Counted from the stretch's first letter, positions 41,587-52,790 are shown. The stretch is DNA of 64,000 bases from an uncultured delta proteobacterium (GCA_963850305.1 CAWKKR010000005.1:64001-128000), one strand, 5' to 3'. The notes: generated by a model from the sequence alone, not told the origin. Program-made: numbers and translations.

Positions 41587-42426
41587 TTACTTCAGTTTCT
41601 CGAGTAACGCGCTGCATTCTCGTCCGGCGGCGGTGCGTTGATCAAGCTGAACGCATCGCACGACGTCGGGGCGGGCCGCGTCGGGGCGACCGAGGGCCAG
41701 CAGGCACCGCGCGCGCCCCGCGTAGGCCACCTGGAGACCCTTGCACTCCGGGTGGTCCGTCTCGAGCGCGCGGGTGTATGCCTCGACCGCGGCGGCAGGG
41801 GACTGCTTCTTCTCGTACGCGAGGCCGAGCCGGTAGTTTCCCACGCAGAAGTTCGGCTGTGCGGCCACGCTCCGCCTCAGCGCGTCGATGGCCGGGTCCA
41901 GATCGCCTTTTTCGAGGTAAGCCCAGCCCAGATTTCCCCAAGCATCTTCAGGGGTTTGGTAAAGGATATCCTGCGAGAGGGGGCGCAGAACGGCGATGGC
42001 GTCGTCGTACCGTTTCTCGTGGACCAGGATCACGCCGAGAGTGTTCTTCGCTTCCCGAAAGTCGGGCTTGATGGCGATGGCCTGGCGCGCGTAGCGCTCG
42101 GCCTCCGAAAGCCGGCATTCATCGATGCTCCGGCGGCAGAAGTCCAGGTAAAGGAGCGCCACGAGGTGGGCCGCCTGGGCGTTCTCGTCGTTGAGCTCCA
42201 CTGCCTTCAGTGCGTGCCCGAGAGCGACTCGCGGCTCGTCATGGTGGAGCCAGATATCGGCGGCCAGGTTTTGCTCGGCGACGCTCTCGCGTTCCGGGTC
42301 TTTCGGGGGCATTCCATTGTTTGCGCTGGGGGCGCACGCCGTAAACAAAGTCGCCGCAACAAAAAACCACCCTCGATGGGTCAAGCTAGTCTTGCCTCCG
42401 CGCGGGCCGCCCGGGCTCGCTCCCAC
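41587..42426 (-). CDS. tgl: TPR lipoprotein, Tgl/PilF-like pilotin
   Basis: Lipobox FTAC. TPRs EAKNTLG..DILYQTPEDAWGNLGWAY..QPNFCVG. Lies upstream of the RodZ-like HTH and recO. Confidence 0.7.
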   Translation of the reverse strand: MGASPGGPRGGKTSLTHRGWFFVAATLFTACAPSANNGMPPKDPERESVAEQNLAADIWLHHDEPRVALGHALKAVELNDENAQAAHLVALLYLDFCRRSIDECRLSEAERYARQAIAIKPDFREAKNTLGVILVHEKRYDDAIAVLRPLSQDILYQTPEDAWGNLGWAYLEKGDLDPAIDALRRSVAAQPNFCVGNYRLGLAYEKKQSPAAAVEAYTRALETDHPECKGLQVAYAGRARCLLALGRPDAARPDVVRCVQLDQRTAAGRECSALLEKLK

Positions 42427-43102
42427 TGCCGCCGACGATCTCGTCCTTCATCTCGAGCAAGCGGCGGAGCTCACGCAGACTTTCCGGATCGGGGATCTGG
42501 ATTTGCTCCCCGTCGACGCGGACGTGGCCACTCGTCCGGAGCTGCTGCACGTTGCGTTTGACGGTCTCGACGTCGAGCCCCACCCGCGCGGAGAGCTCCA
42601 TCGGAGAGACCGAAAGTATTACGGATTCTGCGCTCGTGGGCCGGCCGCGGGTGGCCTCTTGCGCGAACTGAAGGAGGGCGGCGGTGATTTTGACCTGTGC
42701 GTCCCGGAGCATGAGGAGCTCGATCTGGTCCTCGGCATCGTGGAGCCGGCGTACGAGCTGGTGAAGGACGCGCATGCCAATTGCCGGATTCCCCGAGAGG
42801 AGATGCTCGAACGTCGACTGAGCGAGGACGAGTGCTGCACTTTCGACCAGCGCCACGGCCGTCGAGGTCCGTGTGCTCCCCGCGGAGAGGGCCTGCTCGC
42901 CGAAGAGCTCCCCCGGGCGAACCACCCGCAGGCTGCGCTCGCTCGCCCCGGCGCGCTTGATGAGCCGTACCCGGCCTTCCTGGAGAAGGTACGCCTCGTT
43001 CGCGGGGGCTCCGGCCTCGAACACGACCTCGCCGGCCGTGAAGCGCCGCCCGAACCGAGTCAGGAGCCGCGACTGTTCGTCGGGACCGGCGTCGATCGTC
43101 AT
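42386..43102 (-). CDS. Crp/Fnr family transcriptional regulator
   Basis: cNMP domain GEVVFEAG..PGELFGEQAL..RTSTAVA; HTH ELSARVGLDVETVKR. Confidence 0.9.
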   Translation of the reverse strand: MTIDAGPDEQSRLLTRFGRRFTAGEVVFEAGAPANEAYLLQEGRVRLIKRAGASERSLRVVRPGELFGEQALSAGSTRTSTAVALVESAALVLAQSTFEHLLSGNPAIGMRVLHQLVRRLHDAEDQIELLMLRDAQVKITAALLQFAQEATRGRPTSAESVILSVSPMELSARVGLDVETVKRNVQQLRTSGHVRVDGEQIQIPDPESLRELRRLLEMKDEIVGGSGSEPGRPARRQD

Positions 43103-43779
43103 GTCGGCTCGCGCGAAGATAGCGGAGATCGGGGCAGCTTGGGACGGATTGCGTCCGCGGGGCGCACGTATTCGGCCGCTGGCGGAGCGCCCGCGTGAGT
43201 CCCCGAGAGCTTCCCGCCGACGCGCGCCACGGCCGTCGCATGAGGAAGGTCCGTCGAGGCCGACCGGAACGCCACCTCGAACTCTGCCGCGGCCTCGCCG
43301 ACGAGCACGCGAGGTCCGTCCCCGAGCCGCCGCAGCCAATCCTGAAGCTCGGTCCGAGGGAACGCCCGCGGCGAGACGATTTCGGTCCCATCGGCATCGT
43401 AAACAGCGCCGAAAAGCTCACTCCGGTGCGCGTCGAGCAGGGCGCACCGCGGTCCGGCGAGCTCGTCGGGCACCGCCGCGCACATCGCCCGGAGCGAGCC
43501 CACGCCCACGACGGGACGGCCCAGCCCGAGGCCGATCCCCTGCGCGAGCGCGAGCCCAACGCGGAGTCCCGTGAACGAGCCGGGCCCCACGCCGGCGGCG
43601 ATGCAATCGAGGCTCGTCCTCGACCACCCCGTGCGCCCGAGAGCCTCGTCGATGAGCGGCAAGAGGCGCTCGCCGTGCGGGACTTCGCCCTCGTTCGCGA
43701 GCGCGATCGCTTCGCGTCCGTCTTCCACGAGGGCGACCGTTCCGCGTCGCGACGACGTCTCGATGCCCAGGACTCGCAC
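43099..43779 (-). CDS. tsaB: tRNA t6A biosynthesis protein TsaB
   Basis: VLGIETSS, HGERLLPLI, GVGPGSFTGLRVG. Confidence 0.93.
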   Translation of the reverse strand: MRVLGIETSSRRGTVALVEDGREAIALANEGEVPHGERLLPLIDEALGRTGWSRTSLDCIAAGVGPGSFTGLRVGLALAQGIGLGLGRPVVGVGSLRAMCAAVPDELAGPRCALLDAHRSELFGAVYDADGTEIVSPRAFPRTELQDWLRRLGDGPRVLVGEAAAEFEVAFRSASTDLPHATAVARVGGKLSGTHAGAPPAAEYVRPADAIRPKLPRSPLSSREPT

Positions 43780-43860
43780 GGCTCCTCCGCGTCTATCACG
43801 ATTCCCGAGGCACGCCGGGTCTTTGGAGTTCGCGAAGGGGCGCGCTAGTCTGGGCTCGTC

Positions 43861-45120
43861 GTGTCGCAAACCCAGTCGGAGATCGTGCCGCGGTTCGACT
43901 TTCGCGTCGCATTCAAGGTCGTCGAGGACATCGGCCGGAGCCGCGAAACGAACGAGGACGCGCACCTCGTCGAGCCGGGGCTCGCACTCTTCGCCGTGGC
44001 CGACGGGATGGGCGGACACGCTGCGGGAGAAATTGCGTCGCGCGTCGCCGTCGCGGAGGTCAAAAAGTCCATCGCATCCCAGCGTTCGCAGGCAACGATG
44101 GAAGCGTACGTCCGCGAGCCCACGCCGAACGCGCGACGCCAGGTACTCGCACGCCTGCGCCGTGCCATCGAGCACGCGAACGACCGCGTGCGCGAAGAAG
44201 CGCGGGTCGACCCGGAGCGCAACGGCATGGGCACGACGCTCGACGTCGTGTGGCTCGCACGCGACCACGCCTTCGTCGCGCATGCCGGCGACGGCCGGGT
44301 ATACCTCGCCCGTCCGAGCGCCGTGCTCCAGCTCACGCAGGATCATGCCGAGGTCGACAAGCTCAAGGCGACCGGCGTCCTCAGTGCACACAACCGGAGC
44401 CGGAACAGCCGCTTGCTCAATGCGGTCGGCATCGCGCCGCGCGTCGACGTGGACACACTCTTCGTCGATCTCACCAAGGGTGACCGCTTGCTCCTCTGTT
44501 CCGACGGCGTGCACGGGCAGCTCGACAGCGAGGCGGAGCTCGGCGAGCTCCTCCGCACCGGCAATGCCGACACTGCATCACGCGCGCTCGTGGCCCGCGC
44601 GGCCCTCAAGGGCCGCGACAATGCCACCGCGCTCGTGATCGAAGTCGCCGATCGTTTCGTCAAGCGCAACGACGAAGATCACGGCTTTCGTTCGCGCGAC
44701 GTCGAGCGAGCCCAGCTCGCGCCGATCTTCGCCGATCTCCCGCTTCCCTCGGTCATGGCCGCGCTCGCCGCAGCCGTCGAGATCGAATTCGAAGCCGGCC
44801 TGCAAGTGCCGCAGGTCGTCGCGAGCGATCTCGTCGCCTACGTGGTCCTCGACGGCCTCGTCCGCTGCGACGGTGATCGCGTCGTGACCGTCGGGGCCCT
44901 CCTGTTCCCCGAATCCCTCGTCGGTGTTCCGGTCGTCGGCGAGCTTCCCATCGTTGCGGAACGTGCGCGCCTGCTCCGTCTCCGTGCAGACGACTTCGCC
45001 GAAGTCTGTGCCGCCGATCGGTCGCTCTCGTGCGAGCTACATCGTCGCCTCGCCGTCCATCTCGCGCGCGCGCGCCAGCGCCCCGTGCCTCGAAAGCCCG
45101 GAAACCCCCCGCAAACCTGA
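43861..45120 (+). CDS. PP2C Ser/Thr phosphatase with degenerate C-terminal cNMP-binding-like domain
   Basis: GRSRETNED, VADGMGGHAAGEIAS, MGTT, HAGDGRVY, LLCSDG, GRDNAT. Confidence 0.92.
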   Translation: MSQTQSEIVPRFDFRVAFKVVEDIGRSRETNEDAHLVEPGLALFAVADGMGGHAAGEIASRVAVAEVKKSIASQRSQATMEAYVREPTPNARRQVLARLRRAIEHANDRVREEARVDPERNGMGTTLDVVWLARDHAFVAHAGDGRVYLARPSAVLQLTQDHAEVDKLKATGVLSAHNRSRNSRLLNAVGIAPRVDVDTLFVDLTKGDRLLLCSDGVHGQLDSEAELGELLRTGNADTASRALVARAALKGRDNATALVIEVADRFVKRNDEDHGFRSRDVERAQLAPIFADLPLPSVMAALAAAVEIEFEAGLQVPQVVASDLVAYVVLDGLVRCDGDRVVTVGALLFPESLVGVPVVGELPIVAERARLLRLRADDFAEVCAADRSLSCELHRRLAVHLARARQRPVPRKPGNPPQT

Positions 45121-45223
45121 TTGCCGCCGGCTCGTCGCGACGAACCTCCTTGCATTCAGACTCCGAACGACTACGGTCCCCGGCACTCGCCAGAGCCCAT
45201 GGAAGCTCGAAGCGGGTTGGTCT

Positions 45224-45300
45224 CGGGGCGTAGCGCAGCCTGGTAGCGCATCAGACTGGGGGTCTGAGGGTCGTCGGTTCGAATCCGGCCGCCCCGACCA
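45224..45300 (+). tRNA. tRNA-Pro(GGG)
   Basis: CGGGGCGTAGCGCAGCCTGGTAGCGCATCAGACTGGGGGTCTGAGGGTCGTCGGTTCGAATCCGGCCGCCCCGACCA. Confidence 0.97.
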
Positions 45301-45720
45301 TTTCTGGCCCACCTTTGGCCCACCCGGCCGCGTGACCGTGACCGATCCTTACCGTGTGGGTCGGGCGGGTTCGGCCCCTTCTCCGGATGCGCGGATAGCT
45401 TCCGCAGGAGTGCCTCGAAGGCGGGGATGGGGTTGAGCTCCGGAATGCAGAACACGAGGGGCCAGACGTCGCCCATGGCGAGTTCCTCGAGAGCCTTGGC
45501 TGCTTGGCGGTATTTCAAAATTTGATCGCCCCTGTGTCCCGTGCGGCGCCGCACAGTGTCCTCGTTCATTCCGAGCGCCAGGTTCCGGGTAACCATGCTC
45601 CGCCGGAAGCAGTGGCTCCCGAAGCGTCCCTTGTTGGAGCCGACGCTGTAGAGGTCGGCGCGGTCAAGCCCGGCTTCGCGCATCCACTTGCGGAGCGGCG
45701 GGTCGACGAAGGGGACGGCT
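45301..45720 (-). pseudogene. Tyrosine integrase C-terminal remnant facing tRNA-Pro
   Basis: HCFRRSMVT..RRTGH..KY (HxxR, H, Y motifs). TGGCCCAC repeats at 45305, 45316 and 45878. Confidence 0.8.
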
Positions 45721-45946
45721 TTGCTTCTCCTGGCCTCCCGGAATTACGGCATTCCGCGTATCTCTGGTCGCCTGACCGACGTCCACGTCGTATGAGGTAA
45801 CATCTCCAATTGCTGCGTGAGCAACTTCAAGCCAGGGGAAACTCGCCCGGAAATCACAGCTTCGGGGTGGCACAGCTTGGCCCACTGAGGTGCTTATTCC
45901 ACGGTTTCTGCGATTGGTTCGCGTCTTGCTTTAGCTGGCGCGGTCC

Positions 45947-47123
45947 ATGAAGATCCACCTTGCTTTCGTGTTGTCGGCGCTAACGGCTGTTTCAGGTCTT
46001 GGCTGCGATGGGCGTGTGAGCGGCGGCACACTGTCGCCGAGCACATCGAGCTCGAAGGAAAAACCGAGAACATCGGCGCCCGGGGGCTTGGATGCGGGCA
46101 GCGGCGGATTCGATGGGCGATGGGTCACCGGGTCCCATCTCGAGCGCATTACCGCCCGGGGCGCGCGCCATCGCCTCCGACTCCACGGGAATGAACCTCG
46201 TCGTCGTGGACACCGACGTCTGGACGTCCACGAACGGAGGGACGAGCTGGATCGACCAGACTCCCTCGGGCCCGGCGCACAATCAGGACTGGACGTCGGT
46301 CGCATCCGACACGACGGGGCAGAAGCTCGTCGCGTTGGTCAACGGCTTCTACGACGGTCCCGACGAGGATCCTGCGATGTTCAGCGGAGACGTCTGGACT
46401 TCAACGAACGGCGGCGTGACGTGGACCGACCGGACGGCGTCGAGCGCCGCGCACGGCCTGGTGTGGAGGGGAGTCGCGTCGGACGCGACAGGGACCAATC
46501 TCGTCTCGGTCGCCTCGAGCGCAGGCGTCCTCGTACCGACGGGGAGCATCTGGACCTCCACCGATTCGGGCGCGACCTGGACCGATTGCACGATGGTCAC
46601 GAGCCCCACGGGGTCGCAGGCGTGGCAAGCCGTCGCCTCGGACGCGACCGGGCAGAACCTCGTCGCAGTCGGCACCGGCGCGATCTGGACCTCGACCGAC
46701 GGCGGCGCGACCTGGACCGACCACACGCCGCCCGCTTCCGCTCAAGTTATCGGCGGGTTCGGCTTTCAGTCCGTCGCGTCGGACGCAACTGGAAAGAAGC
46801 TCGTCGCGGTCGTCAACACCGGCGACGTTTGGACGTCCACCGACGGCGGCGTCACGTGGATCGACACCACGCCGTCGGGCCCGACATCGGACCAGGTCTG
46901 GATCTCCGTTGCTTCGGATTCCACTGGAACGAACCTCATTGCGACCGACGCCCTAGTGCACGGCTACAACGGCGACGTCTGGACTTCGGCCAATGGCGGC
47001 GCGACCTGGACCGATGTGACCACGAGCGATCCCTCGGCCAGCGGAGAGTGGCAGGTCGTCGCGTCAAGCGCGGACGGGGCCCACCTCGTCGTCATCGGGG
47101 GCGGGAAGGTCTGGACGCGCTGA
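45947..47123 (+). CDS. Lipoprotein with Asp-box/BNR repeats (beta-propeller); frameshift near 46110
   Basis: Lipobox GLGC in ORF 45947. Six copies of WTSTxGGxTW with VASD.TG..LV blades in ORF 46092. Confidence 0.85.
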
Positions 47124-47400
47124 TGAATGCGGAGGCAAAAAATGGCCAATCCGAGAGCCGGCACGAACCGTGCTTCGTGTGACAACCCAGACAACCATGC
47201 CCCCCTTTCACACCGTTCTTCGCCTCGTCGATGTTCACTCGTTCCGCGCGGCACTCGCTGCGACCGTCGCGGCCGTCGCGCTCGCTGACCCCATCGACCC
47301 CGGGTGCAATTGTTCTATCGTATTTAGCTTGCGGAGGTGGAAGTGGTGAAGGCCCGGACTGCTGGATTCTTGGGCTCCTTGGCGGTGGTGGGTCACGTTG

Positions 47401-49040
47401 GGGTGCAGTTCCCGATCTGCTGACGAAAAACAAAGCGAGATCGATCGGTTACGACGCGTAGGTTGAAAGGAGGGGCTCATTCGCGGCAGATATCCGGTTG
47501 CTAAAACAAGAACACCAACCGGAAGGAGCCCCATGGCGACGACTATCGAGCGCGCCGAACGGGATGTCCAGAGCGCGAGCGAGCGAGTTCGTAGATGCGC
47601 GGAAACGAAGGACGCGACGACGCTTTCTGCTGTCGAGCGAGAACTCTGGACAGCGCTGCTTCATCTCGGGCGTGCGGTAATGGCCCTGTTTCTCGTGCGA
47701 TACGCTGCCCGTCCGCAACCATCGACCTACGAGCATGACGGCGGGCGATTCGCGCTCGACACGGACACGCGGCGTCGGAGCGAGATCGGCACGCGGTTCG
47801 GCAAGGTCGCGTTCGTACGACCCGTGGGTCGTCCAATCGGAGGTCGCCGCTGCACCGACCTTCCCATCGATCGCGAGCTCGGCGCGTGCTCGGGCTTCAG
47901 CCTCGGGACGGTAACGGCGGTCGTGCATCTCTGCGCGCTGATGGCCTTTGGGACAGCGCGTCGCCTGTTCGCGGAGTTTCACGAGTGGGCGCCGAGCTCG
48001 CGTTCGACGCTGCGCATGGTCGACGCGGTCGGCGCCGAAGCTCGCGGCTTTCTCGACGCGGATGCTGTGCCCGAGGACGACGGGGAAGTTCTCGTGATCC
48101 AGGTCGACGGCCGCGGCGCACCGATGATCACCGCGACAGAGCACGCGCGACGCTGTCAGGCGCGACAGAAGGTCAAGGGAACGAAGCGACACGGGCGCCG
48201 TCTGCGGCGACGCGAGCATCCGCGTCCTCGTCGCAAGAAGGGCGACAAGAGCAAGAATGCCAAGGTCGCTTTCGTCGGCGTGATTTACACACTCCGGGCG
48301 ACGCGCCACGGATGGGAGGGACCTATCAACAAGCGCCTGATCGCGACATTCGAGAGCCACGAGGCGCTCTTTCGGTGGCTCGCCGTGCACGCGGAGCGCC
48401 GCGGTTACGGTCGCAAGCGATGCTTCTTCCTCGCCGATGGCTCCGACCACATCTGGAGAAACCAGCAGGTCCATTTCCCGAAGGCGGTGCCCTGCATCGA
48501 CTGGTACCACGTCGCCGAGAAACTGTGGGAGGCGGAGGCTGCCTCCATCCCGAGGGCAGCCCGCTGCTTCGTCCGTGGGTCACTGCTCAGCTCGGCAACC
48601 TGCGACGAGGCAAGGTTGCCGAGGTGCTCGAAGACATGGCCACCGCACACAACGCGATCTCGAAGACGGGCCCGGGCAACAAGGGCCGTCGCAAGCGGCT
48701 GCTCGGCATCATCGAGTACCTCGCCACGCACGAGCAACGCATGCCGTACTGTGCACTCCGCCGTGACGACCTCGACATCGGTACCGGCGCCGTCGAAGGC
48801 GCCGTGCGCAACCTTGTCGGCCTTCGTCTCGACGGGCCCGGAATGCGCTGGGGGCGAGACCGCGCCGAGATGGTCCTCCACCTCCGTTGCATCGTCCTCA
48901 ACGAGCAGTGGAGTGACTTCTGTCGCCACCTGGAACGACGCACGCTCAGGCTTGCCGCGACGCCCGTCCCCGCACGAACGCACGACGCGAAACCTCAGCA
49001 ATCACGCGAGGCCGCGTGATGCAAATTGGGATCTGCACCC
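47401..49040 (+). mobile_element. ISKra4-like (IS256/Mutator superfamily) insertion sequence
   Basis: IRL gggtgcagttcccgatctgc vs IRR reverse complement gggtgcagatcccaatttgc (17/20). 9-bp TSD gtcacgttg at 47392-47400 and 49041-49049. Confidence 0.92.
47533..49019 (+). CDS. ISKra4-family transposase; frameshift near 48530
   Basis: IQVDG, FLADGSDHIW, IDWYHVAEKLW, then IGTGAVEGAVRNLV..RL..PGMRW in the second frame. Confidence 0.88.
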
Positions 49041-49559
49041 GTCACGTTGTCTTCTTACAGCTGAGTTGCGCCAGTGATACCCTCGAAAGCTCGCGGAGCG
49101 GCGTAAGCGACGACTCAGGGGTGGGGAGAAGCCTAGCGACGGGCGGCAGCAACAACGCAGGGGCGGGGGGAAGCCTCGGGACGGGCGGCCTTCTGCCGAG
49201 CGGATGCCTTGACTGGCTCGGCGGCCAAGGCGGCACTGAATGCGGCTCGCCGATGGTTACGGTGGTCGACGGCGATACGGGCGCGGTGATCTGCGATCCG
49301 AGCTTCACGGTGACGGCGGACGCCGGAGTCATCTGCTATCCGACCGGGAACCCGCGGGAGCAGCTCGAAGAGCCCGATGGGGCGCCGACGTGCTCGTTCT
49401 TGCTCGGGAGCCTGAACGGCCTCGAAGGCCAGGTCGAAGTCCAAGTGGTCTCGCCCGGATATCAGCCAACCCTCACTTCGATCAAATCGTGCGTCCGGGA
49501 CGCGACCTCGAAAAACCGCGAGAATGTACGACGGATCGCGGACTGGCGGGAAAGCTTTC

Positions 49560-51410
49560 ATGGTTGACCATCCGGTACAGGACACGAGCGAGCGACGAAT
49601 GATCTCCGTCGCGAGCGTCGTCGGGCGTCTCCGGACGCGCTGGCTCGACATCGCGGCGAGCTGCGCCGCCATCTTCGTGGTGCTGCCCACCTGCTGGTAC
49701 CGCTACGGCATCGATCAGGCGCTCTATCACTACGTCGGCGCAGGCTGGCTCGCGGGCAGAGTCCCATATCGAGATGCCTTCGACATCAAGTCGCCGGGCA
49801 TCTACGCGGTGTACTCGGTTGCGATTGCGTTGTTCGGACCTGGACAATCATCGATTCGCATCCTCGAGCTTCTCGGGATCCTGGCCACGGCGGCGATGGT
49901 CGCAAGAACGGTGGGCAAGAACCCTCCCGACGGGGTTTTCGGGCTATCCGCCCTGGCGCTTGCGATGTGGAACGCGACCCTGTTCGGATTCTGGGACACC
50001 GCGCAGGCGGAGTTCTGGGAGTCCGCCTTCGTCGTCGCCAGCTACGCAGCGTTGCTCGCGGACGGGCATCCCCGCCGCTCGCGCGGAATCGCCGGGACGC
50101 TGGCGGCCATTGCCACGCTCATGAAGCCCACTGCAGTGGTGGCGCTTCCGATCCTGGCGTTCCGCGCGGTGCACACGTCGGACGGCAAGAGCCGGGTGTC
50201 CGCGCTGACGGCCTTCTCGATCGGCCTGGTCGTGCCGTTACTTCTGACCGTCGGCTATTTCCACCTGGTCGGGGCTGGCGCTGCCTTCCGGGAATGGATC
50301 GGCTACGTCCCTCACTACGCTGCGGCGCCGCTCGACCCAGATTGGGTGCACTGGACGGGCCCCGAGCTACTCCTTGCTCGCTCGGGCGCCGCCATCGGGA
50401 TCCTCCTCGGCATCTGGGTCTTCGCGCCAAACCTCTGGACCATCAGTCTCCTGACGGCGACTGCGCTCGGAATCGTGCTGCAACGCCGCTATTTCAGCTA
50501 TCACGCGGCTTGCCTCGGCCCTGCGCTCGTCCTTTGCGCCGCGGGCGGCATTCGCGAAGTCATCGTGACGAGGGGGCGTTCGACGGCCGCGGGAGCGGCA
50601 GCAATTCTAGCAGTCGGCGCTTTTTTGGGTTCGCCTCCATGGACCGGAACGGAGTTCACGACTTACCGCTCGTACGTCCTTCATTCGTTCTGGCCCCTGG
50701 CGTTCGGACGGATTTCGAGGGCGACGTTCGACGAGGCGTTCAACGGCCCGTTCGACTACCGATATACGGAAGAGGTGGCGGTCTCCGAGCTCGTAGAGAG
50801 TCGCCACCCGGCGCCGACGGACGGCCTGCAGGTTCGTGGATTCGATCCGACCATCTACGTGCTGACGGGGCTCCATTCCCCGTCGCGGTTCTTGATGGAA
50901 ACGCCACTGGAGAATGCGTACTTGCTGAGCTACGCGTCGGGCTGGAACGCGGAGCACGATCGCGCGTTGTTCGGTCCGAGAGCGCCTCGCTTCTTCGTCA
51001 CTTCGCTCGGCGATACGGATGACCTGTCACGCCTAGAGGTCAGGGGATTCCAGCCGCTAGGATCGCGAGGACGGTACGTCGTTCTCGAGCGTGGTCTCGC
51101 GCAGCACGGCGCCACCAGGTCCGAAGTCGAGACGGTCCTCGCGCGACGGAATTTCGAGGGACTCATGTTTGGCACAATGCCGGCTCGAGCGCTGTTTCGA
51201 GAGGCTGGCACGTATTCCTTTTGGCTCGGCGACAAGGTCTTTCGCGGAACATTTCACGTTACCGATGGTGGCGAGGTCTGCATTGAACCGGAACTGGGTC
51301 AGCCGGGAACGTGCGGGAAAATCTACGCTCGCGGGACCGAATTCGTGGCCTTCGAGGGCAACGGACGCGAACTCGGTGACTTCCACCCCTCGAACGCACG
51401 AGCGGACTGA
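49560..51410 (+). CDS. GT-C membrane glycosyltransferase (ArnT/PMT-like) with extra C-terminal domain
   Basis: DQALYHY..GRVPYRDAFDIKSPGIY, AQAE, TLMKP, many TM helices. Confidence 0.82.
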   Translation: MVDHPVQDTSERRMISVASVVGRLRTRWLDIAASCAAIFVVLPTCWYRYGIDQALYHYVGAGWLAGRVPYRDAFDIKSPGIYAVYSVAIALFGPGQSSIRILELLGILATAAMVARTVGKNPPDGVFGLSALALAMWNATLFGFWDTAQAEFWESAFVVASYAALLADGHPRRSRGIAGTLAAIATLMKPTAVVALPILAFRAVHTSDGKSRVSALTAFSIGLVVPLLLTVGYFHLVGAGAAFREWIGYVPHYAAAPLDPDWVHWTGPELLLARSGAAIGILLGIWVFAPNLWTISLLTATALGIVLQRRYFSYHAACLGPALVLCAAGGIREVIVTRGRSTAAGAAAILAVGAFLGSPPWTGTEFTTYRSYVLHSFWPLAFGRISRATFDEAFNGPFDYRYTEEVAVSELVESRHPAPTDGLQVRGFDPTIYVLTGLHSPSRFLMETPLENAYLLSYASGWNAEHDRALFGPRAPRFFVTSLGDTDDLSRLEVRGFQPLGSRGRYVVLERGLAQHGATRSEVETVLARRNFEGLMFGTMPARALFREAGTYSFWLGDKVFRGTFHVTDGGEVCIEPELGQPGTCGKIYARGTEFVAFEGNGRELGDFHPSNARAD

Positions 51411-51779
51411 CGAGGTCACTTCGGGATGCAGGCGTCCCTCCTGCTTCACCGCGGTGGCGCCAGAATCCGCCGCGCGTGGCTTGACGTCCGTGGGCGGCTC
51501 GGGCGGCAGTTCGTGCAGGGGGCCGTCTCGCATGCAGACGGCCGTGTCGCGGCCACGGATGCAGCCGTATTCGAGCCAGTGTCCGCAACCCCTGGCGACG
51601 ATGACGCCGCCGCTCGCGCGGTAGGTTCGAATCTCCTCCGCGGGACACCCGAGATCGGTGACGGCGCGATCACGCGCGGCAAGGAGAACGGTCGACGTGC
51701 AGGCCGTCGCCGAGAGGCACGCGAGCAGCGCCGCTCTCGACGTCCAATGCTGGCCAACCGTGGCCGACGCGACCCGCAT
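51411..51779 (-). CDS. Small lipoprotein (3' end uncertain)
   Basis: Lipobox ATAC, RAVTDLGCP..ARGCG..YGC. Confidence 0.55.
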
Positions 51780-51841
51780 GCTGCGTGTGTACTACAGTGT
51801 GGGCCAGTTGCGCAGACCGTCGCGCGGGGCCGCGCCGGCGC

Positions 51842-52790
51842 TCAACCCACGGCGGCGACGCTCAGCCCCGAGCGCTCGAGCAGGGCGTCGAGCGACGGCT
51901 CACGGCCCATGAAGGCGCGGTAGAGGCTCTCGGGGTCGTCGCTGTCGCCGCGTTCGAGGACCTTGCGACGGAACTCGTTGCCGACGGTGCGGCTGAACAC
52001 GCCGTCCTTCTTGAACCGGGTGAACGCGTCCGCTTCGAGGACCTCCGCCCACTTGTACGAGTAATAGCCAGCGGCGTAGCCGACCGCGCTCGAGAAGAGG
52101 TGCGTGAACGACGCGATCATCGCGTAGTCGACGTCGAAGGCCGCGGGCGCGTACTCCTGCATGATGCGTCGCGCGTACGCGAGGACGTCCCCGTCGCGCG
52201 CGGCGTCGTAGTCGACGTGAAGGGCGAGATCGACGGCGGCAAAGCCGAGCTGCCGCATCATCGCCGTCGCATCGCGGTACGTTCGCGCCTTCAGCATCTT
52301 CGAGAGCAGCTCTTCGGGGACCTTCGCACCCGTCTCGAAGTGCTCGGCGAAGGTGTCGAGCGCGGCGCGCTCCCAGCACCAATTTTCCATGATCTGCGAC
52401 GGGAGCTCCACGAAGTCCCACGCGACGTTCGTGCCGGCGAGACTCCGGACGCCGACGCGGCTCAGGCAGTGATGCATCAGGTGACCGAACTCGTGAAAGA
52501 GCGTCGTCACTTCCTGGTGCGTCAAGAGCGCGGGCTTTCCGCCGACGGGCGGCGTGACGTTCGCGCAGATGAGCCCCAGGTGCGGACTGCCCGTGCTGCC
52601 CTCCGCCACGCCGGTGACGAGGCCGTTCATCCACGCGCCGCCGCGCTTCTCTTCTCGCGGATAAAAATCGGCGTAGAACGATGCGAGGAACGTCCCGTCC
52701 TCGTCTTTCACGTCGTAGACGCCGACGTCCGGGTGCCAGGTCGAGAGCTTCCGGTTCGGCTCGATGCCGACGCCGTAGAGGCGGCGGGGG
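51842..52790 (-). pseudogene. M3 oligopeptidase A/Dcp, C-terminal half
   Basis: DFYPREEKRGGAWM, TLFHEFGH, WDFVELPSQIMENW, YAAGYYSYKWAEVL. No N-terminal half. Confidence 0.88.

Larger units (their letters stand above)
47346..49567 (+). pseudogene. Lipoprotein interrupted by ISKra4
   Basis: Removing the IS restores VKARTAGFLGSLAVVGHVVFLQLSC followed by a Gly linker. A ggagg RBS lies upstream. Confidence 0.75.

Noticed and set aside
38840..41617. 925-aa ORF as an extended MurJ fusion
   Set aside because: The upstream part is an alternate frame over the RodZ-like gene and recO, joined through the recO indel.
9498..49019. Frameshifts as programmed frameshifting or true pseudogenisation
   Set aside because: Indels also hit recO and come in compensating pairs, so sequencing error is the simpler explanation.
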